This document shows, piece by piece, positions 20,242 through 29,600 of a DNA stretch of 64,000 nucleotides; the first letter of the stretch is position 1, and each line of letters starts with the position of its first letter. The notes under the pieces were generated by a model. The model was not told the DNA's origin, searched no databases, and worked only from the letters and a program-made list of their open reading frames with translations. The position numbers and the translations under genes were made by a program. The DNA lies in NCBI GenBank assembly GCA_017542465.1, contig JAFXXB010000008.1, forward strand, positions 17,321-81,320, in the 5' to 3' direction. Source of the DNA: Bacilli bacterium. Its GTDB lineage: Bacteria > Bacillota_I > Bacilli_A > RF39 > UBA660.

Positions 20242-23184
20242 CTAAATATTTTCTAATTTAACGCTTACTAGTTTTGATACACCAGATTCTTGCATTGTTA
20301 TACCATATAAGTTATTGGCATATTCCATTGTTCTCTTCTTATGTGTGATAACAATAAATTGAGTATGATTCTCATAATTTTTAAGATAAGTACAGAATGT
20401 ATCTACGTTATTATCATCTAATGCAGCTTCTACCTCATCTAGTATAACAAATGGTATTAATCTTATATTTAATATACTAAATAATAAAGCAATAGCTGTT
20501 AATGTATTCTCTCCACCAGATAATGTATTGATTGATTTTAAATTCTTACCTGGAGGACATGCAGATATATCTACACCTGTATTTAAATAATCATCTGGGT
20601 TAGTTAATGATAAACTAGCACTTCCACCTTTAAATAATTGTTTAAAGACTTTACCAAATTCTTCATTAACTTTATCAAATGTTTCTTTAAATCTTACTTT
20701 CATTGTTTCATCTAAATCAGTTATAACTTGCATTAAATCATTTATAGCATTCTCTAAATCACTTCTTTGTTCAGTTAAGAATGTATATCTTTCATTAATT
20801 CTATTATATTCTTCAATAGAACCAACATTTACATCTCCTAAATCTCTTATATTACGTCTTAAGTGATTTACTTTAGTTCTTGCTACATCTTCATCTAAAT
20901 CAAGTATATAATCATCTTTAGCTTTTTCATAAGTGATTTGATATTCTTCAGATAATCTATTAAGTAAGTTATCTAATTTAATATCCATCTTACCTATTTC
21001 TATTTCTAATTCTTTAGTTTCATTTAATTTCTTATTATATTCAGAATTAATCTTTCTATTTTGAATTTCTAATTCTTCAATAGATTGAGATAAATCATTT
21101 TTATCATTCTTAAGTTTAGATAAATGTTCACTTGTTAAATCTTTATCAGTAGATATTTTTAAGTACTCATCCATGATCTTGTCTAATTCTTTATCAGATG
21201 CATCATTTTTGATATTATCTACACCTTTAAGTTCATCTTGAATTTTAGTTAAACGATCATTATAAGTGTTTAACTCAGACATTCTTGATGATAATAAAGT
21301 ATTACTGATAGTATAAGCTTCTTTTTGTTTAAATAAGTTAGCTTCTACTATATTTATTTCTTTATCTAATTCATTAAGATTTTCTTCTATATTCTTTATT
21401 TGTACTTCATTTGTACTTAAATCTTTATATAGATTATCTAATTCATATTTAATATTAATTAATCCTGCAGTTTGTTTCTTGAAACCACCTGTCATAGATC
21501 CACCAGTATGTGATATATCACCATCAAGTGTAATAATACGATACTTATAATCTAACTTTTTACCTAATTTATTCATTGAGTCTAAATTATTTACTACTAG
21601 AGTATTACCTAATTGGTTCTCAACTATATTTTGATATAAAGGATCATATGTAACAAGCTCTGATGCTAGTCCAATATAACCTGGAACTTCTTTTGCATCT
21701 TTAATTACATCTTCACTTAATAATCTAGATTTAATAATGCTTATTGGAAAGAATGTTGCTCTTCCTAGTTTATTATCTTTTAAGTATTCAATTGCTTTAG
21801 ATGCATCAGTTTCTTTATCAACAACTATTACATTTTGATTAGCACCTAATGCTGTTTCAATAGCATTTGCATATTTTTCTTCAGTATCAATTAATTTAAT
21901 TAAGATATCATGTAATCCAGATAATCTAGGATTATTAATAACTGATTTAACTGCAAATGGTATTTTAGAATCATTTTCAATAGATTCATTTAAAACTTCT
22001 ATTTTATTTTTAATATTAAATTCATCTCTATTACGTTTATTTAATTCATCTAATAGAGTATTCTTCTTAATATTTAAGTTATTTAATTCTTCTTGTAGTT
22101 TTTCTTCATCTTTTTTATTATCCTTAACTTCTTGAGTTACGTCTTTAATACTATTTTCAAGAACTGTTATATTCTTCTTTAAATCTAATTCATCATTCTT
22201 TAAGTTGATGATGTTATTCTCTAGTTTTTGATCTTCAACTTCATATTTTTTTCTTTCTTGAAGTAATTGTTTCTTACTATCTAATGAATATAATTCTTCA
22301 GATAATTTCATTAACTTATTAGATTCTTCATTTATTTCTTCATCTAACTTTAATAATTTAGCTTTTAATCCTTCTAGTTTTGAATTATCAATAGAATTAG
22401 AGTTATCCATGTTAAGTATTTCTTCATTAACCTTCTCTAATCTATCTTTCTTTTCTTGATAATTATCATTTATATTCTTAATATCAGATGCAAGTAAAGC
22501 TATTTCAATATCTTGAAGTTCTTTCTTATATTCTAAATATTTAGTTGCTACTTCAGCTTGTTCTTTTAATGGATTTAAATTTACTTCTAATTCATTAATA
22601 ACTAATGAAACCTTCTCTAAATTATTATTAGTATTATCAAGCTTACGCATTGTTTCTTCTTTTCTCTTCTTATATTTTAAAACACCTGCAGCTTCTTCAA
22701 TTATTATTCTTCTATCAGATGATTTACCTTTTAAAATATCTTGAATCTTACCTTGAGAAATAATTGAGAATGAATCAGGATTAGATCCTGAATCTAAGAA
22801 TAAATCAGTTATATCTTTTTTTCTTACCTTTGTATTATTGATGTAATATTCATTTTCACCAGTCTTATATACCTCTCTTTTTATTTCTACTTCTTCATAA
22901 GGAGTTGCAAGGTATTTATCTCTATTATCAAATGTTAAAGATACCCAAGCATGATTTTGTTTTTCACGAGAAGATGATCCCATGAAAATAACATCAGTCA
23001 TGGAATCTCCAGATCTAATTTCTTTTAATGATGATTCACCTAATACCCAACGAACAGCATCCACTACATTAGATTTACCAGATCCATTTGGACCTACTAT
23101 ACCTGTAATACCATCATTAACTTGTATTTCAATTGTATCTGCAAATGATTTGAAACCATGTGCTTTTATACTTAATAATTTCAT
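20242..23184 (-). CDS. smc: Chromosome partition protein SMC
   Basis: 980 aa. N-terminal Walker A GPNGSGKSN, long coiled-coils, C-terminal LSGGE signature and Walker B ILDEVEAALD. Has the rnc-smc synteny. Confidence 0.9.
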   Translation of the reverse strand: MKLLSIKAHGFKSFADTIEIQVNDGITGIVGPNGSGKSNVVDAVRWVLGESSLKEIRSGDSMTDVIFMGSSSREKQNHAWVSLTFDNRDKYLATPYEEVEIKREVYKTGENEYYINNTKVRKKDITDLFLDSGSNPDSFSIISQGKIQDILKGKSSDRRIIIEEAAGVLKYKKRKEETMRKLDNTNNNLEKVSLVINELEVNLNPLKEQAEVATKYLEYKKELQDIEIALLASDIKNINDNYQEKKDRLEKVNEEILNMDNSNSIDNSKLEGLKAKLLKLDEEINEESNKLMKLSEELYSLDSKKQLLQERKKYEVEDQKLENNIINLKNDELDLKKNITVLENSIKDVTQEVKDNKKDEEKLQEELNNLNIKKNTLLDELNKRNRDEFNIKNKIEVLNESIENDSKIPFAVKSVINNPRLSGLHDILIKLIDTEEKYANAIETALGANQNVIVVDKETDASKAIEYLKDNKLGRATFFPISIIKSRLLSEDVIKDAKEVPGYIGLASELVTYDPLYQNIVENQLGNTLVVNNLDSMNKLGKKLDYKYRIITLDGDISHTGGSMTGGFKKQTAGLINIKYELDNLYKDLSTNEVQIKNIEENLNELDKEINIVEANLFKQKEAYTISNTLLSSRMSELNTYNDRLTKIQDELKGVDNIKNDASDKELDKIMDEYLKISTDKDLTSEHLSKLKNDKNDLSQSIEELEIQNRKINSEYNKKLNETKELEIEIGKMDIKLDNLLNRLSEEYQITYEKAKDDYILDLDEDVARTKVNHLRRNIRDLGDVNVGSIEEYNRINERYTFLTEQRSDLENAINDLMQVITDLDETMKVRFKETFDKVNEEFGKVFKQLFKGGSASLSLTNPDDYLNTGVDISACPPGKNLKSINTLSGGENTLTAIALLFSILNIRLIPFVILDEVEAALDDNNVDTFCTYLKNYENHTQFIVITHKKRTMEYANNLYGITMQESGVSKLVSVKLENI

Positions 23185-23192
23185 ATTATCAC

Positions 23193-23846
23193 CTAAGCCA
23201 TCTTACTTATTGCATCTTTAGCTGCATTTTGTTCAGCTTCTTTTTTAGAGTGTCCTACCCCTTTACCTAGAACAAGTCCATCCACTAAACAATTAACTTC
23301 ATATATCTTATTGTTTTGAGGTCCTTCCTCTTTTACTACTACATACTCTAAAATCTTTTGTTGAGCTTGTAATACCTCTTGTAAATATGTTTTATAATCT
23401 TCAATAAATTTATGATTACTTTCAACATATGGTTTAATTATATCTAAAGCATATTTCTTTGCTACTGAATAACCATGTTCTAAGAATATAACTGCTAGTA
23501 CAGATTCAAAACAATCTGCAACAATTGATTGAAGACCTTTCTCTACACCATTTCCATATCTTATATGTTTATCTAATCCAATAGATATAGAATATTCATT
23601 TAAAGCTTCTTCACATACATATGATGCTCTAGTTTTAGTCATCTTACCTTCATCACCTTTATAATAAAGATAGAAGTATTCTGATGTTGCTAACTCTAAA
23701 ACAGCGTCTCCTAAAAACTCAAGTCTTTCATATGACTCACAATTATTCTCATTTGCATATGATGAATGAGTTAAAGCAGTTAATAATAATTCTTCATTTT
23801 TTATAACAATACCACGTTCATTTAAAAAATCCATGATTATCACCAT
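23193..23846 (-). CDS. rnc: Ribonuclease III
   Basis: 217 aa. RNase III signature ERLEFLGDAVLE. C-terminal dsRBD. Lies 8 nt upstream of smc. Confidence 0.9.
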   Translation of the reverse strand: MVIIMDFLNERGIVIKNEELLLTALTHSSYANENNCESYERLEFLGDAVLELATSEYFYLYYKGDEGKMTKTRASYVCEEALNEYSISIGLDKHIRYGNGVEKGLQSIVADCFESVLAVIFLEHGYSVAKKYALDIIKPYVESNHKFIEDYKTYLQEVLQAQQKILEYVVVKEEGPQNNKIYEVNCLVDGLVLGKGVGHSKKEAEQNAAKDAISKMA

Positions 23847-23943
23847 ACATAATTATACATAATATCGTAAGTTTAATCTAGATATAATTTACAAAATGCT
23901 TAAAAATTGGTATATTTTAATAGAAATAAAAAGGAATGATTAG

Positions 23944-24798
23944 ATGAAAAAATATGTATTATTAATAGGATTATTAATTATAAGTACATTTGCATTAACA
24001 GGATGTATTAAGAAAGATAATATGGATGATATAAAGATAATTACTACAACATATCCAATTACAAATCTAGCAGAAGAAATATATGGTAATTACTCTACTG
24101 TTACATCTATATATCCAAATGGTGTTAATATTAATGAATATGAAATAACAGATAAACAAATTAAAGAATATGCTAAATCTGATTTATTCATTTATAACGG
24201 ATTAGATGTTAATGAAAAAAGAATAGCTACTAGATTATTAAATCAAAATAAAAAAATTAAACTAATTGATGCCACTCAAGGATTAACTTATTCTTCATCA
24301 TTTGAAGAACTATGGTTATCACCAGCTAATTACTTAATGATGGCTCAAAACATTAAAGTACACTTAAGTGATGAGATTAAATCAACAGTTATTAAAAGGG
24401 ATTTAGATAAGAGATATGAAAACATGAAATTAAAGATATCTAAATATGATGCTCAATTTAAAATAATTGCAGAAAATACTGATAAAAAAGATGTAATAAT
24501 AGCTAATAATTCATTAAAGTTCTTATCTAGATATGGATTTAATATTATTAGTATTGATCCATCAGAAGATAGAATAAGAACAAATACTACTCAAGCAAAA
24601 GAAAACATAAAGAACAATAAAAATAAAACAATATTTGTTATTGATAGTTCAAATGATAAAGTTAATGAAATAACTAAATCACCTACAATAGTAAAATCAA
24701 TGACTATACTATCAGAAGATGATATTAAAAATAATGAAACATATGAAACAATGATGAATAAATTTATAGATAATTTAAGAACTGAGGTGTATTCATAA
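23944..24798 (+). CDS. lipoprotein, function unknown
   Basis: Signal peptide with lipobox (FALTGC). 284 aa. Confidence 0.55.
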   Translation: MKKYVLLIGLLIISTFALTGCIKKDNMDDIKIITTTYPITNLAEEIYGNYSTVTSIYPNGVNINEYEITDKQIKEYAKSDLFIYNGLDVNEKRIATRLLNQNKKIKLIDATQGLTYSSSFEELWLSPANYLMMAQNIKVHLSDEIKSTVIKRDLDKRYENMKLKISKYDAQFKIIAENTDKKDVIIANNSLKFLSRYGFNIISIDPSEDRIRTNTTQAKENIKNNKNKTIFVIDSSNDKVNEITKSPTIVKSMTILSEDDIKNNETYETMMNKFIDNLRTEVYS

Positions 24799-25715
24799 TG
24801 AAAGATTTACTTATATCACATATTGATTTAGATGGAGTATCTCCTAACGTATTATTAAGCTTAACTAATAGAAAATTTGAATATAAGAATATAGAATTAT
24901 CAGATGTAGATAAAACTTTTGATGAATACTTTAAAAAAGATTTAAAGAAATATGAAAACATATATATAGTTGATTTAACATTAACAGAACATGCACATGA
25001 ATTAATTCAGCAATCTAAATTAAATAATATTCATGTATTTGATCATCATGCATCACATGAATTTGCAGTTAATTATGATTACACAGATATTAGAGTTGAA
25101 ATTAACGGAAAGAAAACATGTGGTACTGAATTATTCTATTTATATTTTAAGAAAAAATATAAAGAACTAAATAAACCTAATATAGAAGATTATGTAGATT
25201 TAGTTACTCAATTAGATACATATACATTTAAAGATGAAACTAAAGCTCAAAACTTAAATACTCTACATGATTTATTAGGTCATCAAGAATTTATTAAAAC
25301 TATTACAAGAAGATTAAAGAAAAATAATAAAACATTTGAGTTTACTCAATTTGAAAAGAAACTATTCAAGATTCAAAGAAATAAAATAGATAGATATATT
25401 CTAAATAAAGAATCTGAAATGAAAAAGTTTATTATTGATGGACATAAATGTGGTGTTGTATTTGCTGAAACAAATAAATCAGAATTAGGTAATTATTTAT
25501 CTGGTAAGAATCCTGATTTAGATTTAATAGTATTATGTGATGCTTCATCAAGATTTAGTTTAAGAACTAAAAAAGATGATGTTGATTTAAATGTATTTGC
25601 TTCTCACTACTCTGGTGGTGGACATAAAAAAGCTGCTGGTATTATGTTTAGTGATGAAAACAGAAAAAAAATAATAGAAAACTTTTTTAAAGAAGTAAAA
25701 GAAGATACTAACTAG
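24798..25715 (+). CDS. nrnA: DHH/DHHA1-family phosphoesterase (NrnA-like nanoRNase / pAp phosphatase)
   Basis: 305 aa. DHH motif (FDHHASHE) and DHHA1 GGGH motif (YSGGGHKKAAG). Start overlaps the upstream stop (ATGA). Confidence 0.65.
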   Translation: MKDLLISHIDLDGVSPNVLLSLTNRKFEYKNIELSDVDKTFDEYFKKDLKKYENIYIVDLTLTEHAHELIQQSKLNNIHVFDHHASHEFAVNYDYTDIRVEINGKKTCGTELFYLYFKKKYKELNKPNIEDYVDLVTQLDTYTFKDETKAQNLNTLHDLLGHQEFIKTITRRLKKNNKTFEFTQFEKKLFKIQRNKIDRYILNKESEMKKFIIDGHKCGVVFAETNKSELGNYLSGKNPDLDLIVLCDASSRFSLRTKKDDVDLNVFASHYSGGGHKKAAGIMFSDENRKKIIENFFKEVKEDTN

Positions 25716-25722
25716 TATCTTT
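25700..25722 (+). terminator. rho-independent terminator after the nrnA-like gene (stem AAGATACTA / TAGTATCTT plus T-run)
   Basis: Inverted repeat followed by TTTTTT. Confidence 0.45.
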
Positions 25723-25730
25723 TTTATTTA

Positions 25731-25759
25731 TTGACTATAACTAATTATTTAGATATAAT
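25731..25759 (+). promoter_or_regulatory. sigma-70-type promoter for tRNA-Ser (TTGACT-17nt-TATAAT)
   Basis: -35 TTGACT at 25731-25736 and -10 TATAAT at 25754-25759, 12 nt upstream of the tRNA 5' end. Confidence 0.45.
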
Positions 25760-25771
25760 TATGTTTGTTAT

Positions 25772-25864
25772 GCAGCAGTACTCAAGAGGTCGAAGAGGGA
25801 TCCCTGCTAAGGATTTAGGCGGGCGAATGTTCGCGCGGAGGTTCAAATCCTCTCTGCTGCGCCA
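25772..25864 (+). tRNA. tRNA-Ser (anticodon GCU), class II tRNA with long variable arm, CCA encoded
   Basis: 7-bp acceptor stem GCAGCAG/CUGCUGC, discriminator G, 3' CCA. T-arm GGAGG-TTCAAAT-CCTCT. Anticodon stem GATCC/GGATT with loop CT-GCT-AA (U33, anticodon GCT, A37). Long variable stem-loop of about 21 nt. 93 nt in total. Confidence 0.9.
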
Positions 25865-25878
25865 TTAATTGAATAAAA

Positions 25879-25907
25879 AAGAAGATATTAATTATCTTCT
25901 TTTTTTG
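25879..25907. terminator. bidirectional rho-independent terminator (AAGAAGATA-TTAAT-TATCTTCTT, with an A-run 5' and a T-run 3')
   Basis: Perfect 9-bp stem flanked by AAAAAA and TTTTTTT. Shared by tRNA-Ser (+) and the convergent Cys-rich gene (-). Confidence 0.6.
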
Positions 25908-26091
25908 TTTCACAATTACATTCTTTGCATGCACATTCTTTTTCTTCAGAACAATTACATTCTTTGTTCTCTTCACATCCACATGTACATTCTTCATTGC
26001 ACTTACATTCACCTTCACAAGTACATTCTTTACCTTCTTGGCATCCACATGTGCATTCTTCAGTACAATTACACTTCTTTACTTCTTCCAT
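25888..26091 (-). CDS. small Cys-rich, Glu-rich protein (67 aa, 18 Cys); metallothionein-like candidate metal-binding protein
   Basis: AGGAGG RBS 8 nt upstream of ATG (MEEVKK...). Eight repeats of (K/E)EC-x-C, e.g. EECTCGC, KECTC, GECKC. The listed ORF start (MNRRLIM) is probably a false upstream extension. Confidence 0.55.
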   Translation of the reverse strand: MEEVKKCNCTEECTCGCQEGKECTCEGECKCNEECTCGCEENKECNCSEEKECACKECNCETKKEDN

Positions 26092-26101
26092 GATTAACCT
26101 C

Positions 26102-26650
26102 CTATTCATATATTCTTTCTAAATTAATATTTATTTTAGTTCCTGTTGATCTTATATTATCTGTATATTGATAATAATCATCACCAACATTAACTTTATT
26201 ATATTCATATATTTCTATCTTATCTAGGTCTAATCCTTCAATTTTATACATTCTAGGGTATTTCTTTACAACACTTATTAATAAATCTTCTAATGTATCA
26301 AATACATTATTATCAATTAGCCAAGATGATTCCATTAATACATATTTATTATCTTGTTCAACTACACAGAATGTATGTCTAGCAATCTTATTAGGTACAT
26401 CATATATAATATTATATTTTTTATATGATATGTTTTCTTTATCTAATAAGTAAGCTATTACTTCAGTTTGTTCATAACAAGTACCAACTTTATATTTTAA
26501 AGTATCATCAACACTCATTAATCTATAATTATCTAAATAATAATCTCTCTTTGCATTTTTATGAACAACTCCATCTGATGTAACAAAACCATAATGAATT
26601 TGTTTTATTTCATTTAATATATTTAATAACTTTTCATTCATATTAATCAC
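26102..26650 (-). CDS. hypothetical protein with transglutaminase/NAT-like Cys-His motifs (182 aa)
   Basis: Candidate nucleophile in GTCYEQTEVIAYLL and downstream IARHTFCVVE...ESSW. Resembles the papain-like Cys-His-Asp arrangement of transglutaminase-like proteins and arylamine N-acetyltransferases. Motif-level only. Confidence 0.35.
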   Translation of the reverse strand: MINMNEKLLNILNEIKQIHYGFVTSDGVVHKNAKRDYYLDNYRLMSVDDTLKYKVGTCYEQTEVIAYLLDKENISYKKYNIIYDVPNKIARHTFCVVEQDNKYVLMESSWLIDNNVFDTLEDLLISVVKKYPRMYKIEGLDLDKIEIYEYNKVNVGDDYYQYTDNIRSTGTKININLERIYE

Positions 26651-26670
26651 ATAATTATTATAACATAAAA

Positions 26671-26694
26671 AAGAAGATATTATTTTATCTTCTT
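26671..26694. terminator. rho-independent terminator (AAGAAGATA-loop-TATCTTCTT) after the giant gene
   Basis: 9-bp stem with a 6-nt loop, flanked by an A-run and a T-run. Confidence 0.5.
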
Positions 26695-29600
26695 TTATTC
26701 ATTAGGAATATTATTTATACCTATTTTATCTTTAGCATCTACCTTTTCACTTCTAAAGTTTACATTGTTGGCTTCTGCTATTTTATTTATATCTTGATAT
26801 TCTATTTCTCCTAATGGTAATACTAGTTTCTTGATATCTTCTTCACTTAATAATGACATCTTTTCACTTTCATCAAATACTTGGTTTACTCCTGGTATTA
26901 TCTTATTTCCTTCTTTTCTTGCATATACTCCACATGAGATGTGTCCTATATGTAAGTCTTTTGATACCATCTTTAATGTATCTATTAATACATATTTATT
27001 GTATACCTTATTTAAATCTATTGTTGGATAACTTGTTATTGTCTTATTTATATTATCCTTACTTACTTGAGTTATATCTTGTTCATATAAATCTATTCCA
27101 AGCTTATCACATACTTGTCTTGCATATGTTAATTGATCTAGATTCTTTCCATTATTGATGAATAATGCTGAAACTTTATAATTCTTTTCTTGTAGTAATT
27201 TAGCTGCTACTGCACTTCCTACACTTCCAGAGATTCCAATTAAGACTTTCTTTCTTAACAAGATTGGTAATAACCAGATTAATAATCCTATTATTCCTAA
27301 TCCTCCAATTACTGCTAGAACAATCCACCATGGGAATGGTTTTTTAACATGTATTTCAATGTCATCACCCTTAACCTCTTCTGTGGTTGTTCTTCTTCTT
27401 GTTGTTTCAGTAGTTTCTTCTGTTGTTGTTTCCTCTGTAGTTTCTTCCGTTGGTTTTGTTGTATCTGTTGGAGTTGAAGTTTTTCTAGGTGGTCGAGTTC
27501 CAGTTTCATTAGATGTACTTGAACTAGTTGTAGTTGTAGGTATTTCATCAAAGTATAACTTAAATACTGTTCCATCTTCTACTTCAGGATCTATTTCAAC
27601 TACTCCTCCATGAGAAGGTAATTGATTATCATTCATGAATACTCTTTTTAATGAGAATCCATCATATAAAGTATGAGCATTTTCAAAGTATTGTACATCT
27701 ACCTCTATCTTTTCATTAGATAATATTTGTACTTCTTTAGTCTTTTCAAATGAGTCCACTTTAGCAGTATTTTTATATAATTCTACCGTATATTTAATTG
27801 TTTTAACTTGATTATCATCAATAGATGAAGCAATATTTAATACACCATAGTTATGAGCAGTCATACCTATATTAATATCTTGATTAGTCCAAACAGATAA
27901 ATCTTCTTTTGTCTTAATTTTAGGATTATCAGTTAATGCAACTTTATTATCTAAATTATTAACTTGATATTCATTTGTTTTATAAGCAAAAGTTGGTTGA
28001 ATTAATGATTTAAAGAATCTAACAATTGCTTTACCAGCATTTGCAATAATATTTGATAATGAATTATCAGTAGATATAACCTGACCAGTAACTTTAGTAT
28101 ATGAATTACCAGTTATCGCTGCGGCACCTCTAATAATTGGTGAATTATTATTACATTTTCCTATTTCACCAATAATAAGAACACCTTGATTATCGATTAC
28201 AATACCATTTGCATTTTCCATTGAAGATGTATCATTTGGCTCTATTTCACCATTTGGATCATCAATAATAGTTAATGTACCTTGATTTATAATTCCTTTT
28301 TCAAGTCCATCAAAATTTAATGTATGACCTTCTAAAGCAAGTGTAATATTCACTGAACTTGGAATAGTTACAGTGCTTTCAACTAATACATCATTTCCGA
28401 CTTTGATTGTTCCAGTTTTATTTGTTTGTTCACTTATTACATCAATAACATCATTTAAAGAAGCAAAATATTGATTATTATACTCAAATGAATTATCTAA
28501 ATGAGACTCAACAGCTAAATAACTCTTATTTCCAGCTATAATAACATGATAATGTTCAGGAACATTATTAGCTAAACCACTTATAGGTGTATTTGGTGAT
28601 TCAAATACTCCATCATAGAAGTTAAACGTTCCATCTCCTTTATATAATCCAACATTTTTACCATAGAAATATGGTTTAGTTGTGCTTACTACTCCATCAT
28701 TAACTCCTATAGTCAACGTTGAAGATGCTGATTGTTTTATAGCATATATGTTATTTGCATCGCTAACAGATGAATTTGCATTTACTACTACATCATTTAA
28801 TAGCGTTACATTACTATTTCCTGATACTTCTATAAGGGCAGCATATGTGTTTAAATCACCGTTGATATTTGCTTTTTTAACTAACAATTGAGCGTAATCA
28901 CTAGTATTAATACCTGATACAGAACCATAAGTACATGTTAAATCTATATTAATATCATCAACAACAGTCTTTGAATTATATAAATCTAATGCTACACCAC
29001 CATTAGTAGTTGTCGTTGTATAATTCATGTGTTTAATATAAACGTTACTATATCCTTCAGCACGAATACCAACATTTTTATTAGTGTAAGTTATATTTTC
29101 AATATTTAAATCAGATGATTGACTTACTGTTATACCTCTTCCAACTGGGGATCCTGTTTGTTTAATTTCTCCATTCTTAACAAGAACTTCACTATTAAGA
29201 GTATAAATAAAGGAATCACTACCAGTATGGGTTACATCCATATCATTAATAACAATACTTCCTCTATGCAATAAACTCTTTTTATTATTTCCATCAATGA
29301 TTTGAACATCATTCAAATATGCTGAACCATTACAAACAACATGTAAATAATATTGACTTCCACCAGTTAAACTTGTTGTAAACTCTCCATATCTATCTAT
29401 TACATCAGTTGTATACACAGGAGTAGCTAATGTTGTAGGAGGTTCTACACTATCGGTAATATAGAATTTATAAGTTGTTTTGGCTAAAGAATTAAATAAT
29501 ACTTTTATTTCTAATGTATTGGAATAATCTCTCAAATCAATAGGTATATAATATGATGTCCTACTATAGCTATCAATTACACCATTTGTAATACTTATAT

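Noticed and set aside
25925-26122. His/Ser-rich 65-aa ORF and neighbouring 74-aa ORF on the plus strand
   Set aside because: Both are antisense to the Cys-rich small gene. The His-rich product arises from reading the complement of Cys (TGY -> RCA) and Glu codons. There is no RBS. The sense gene has a perfect AGGAGG RBS and terminator.
26698-27250. Interpreting the MnmA-like region as a separate, functional mnmA gene
   Set aside because: There is no start codon or RBS after the TM segment. The reading frame is continuous with the giant gene. The PP-loop and catalytic cysteines are not conserved. The tRNA-binding half is missing. So it is a fused pseudo-enzyme domain. A sequencing-derived fusion cannot be excluded without reads.
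27315-27613. Gln-rich 86-aa (minus, alternate frame) and Val/Ser-rich 84-aa (plus) ORFs
   Set aside because: They lie inside the Thr/Glu-rich linker of the giant gene. They are frame artefacts of the low-complexity ACT/GAA repeat DNA.
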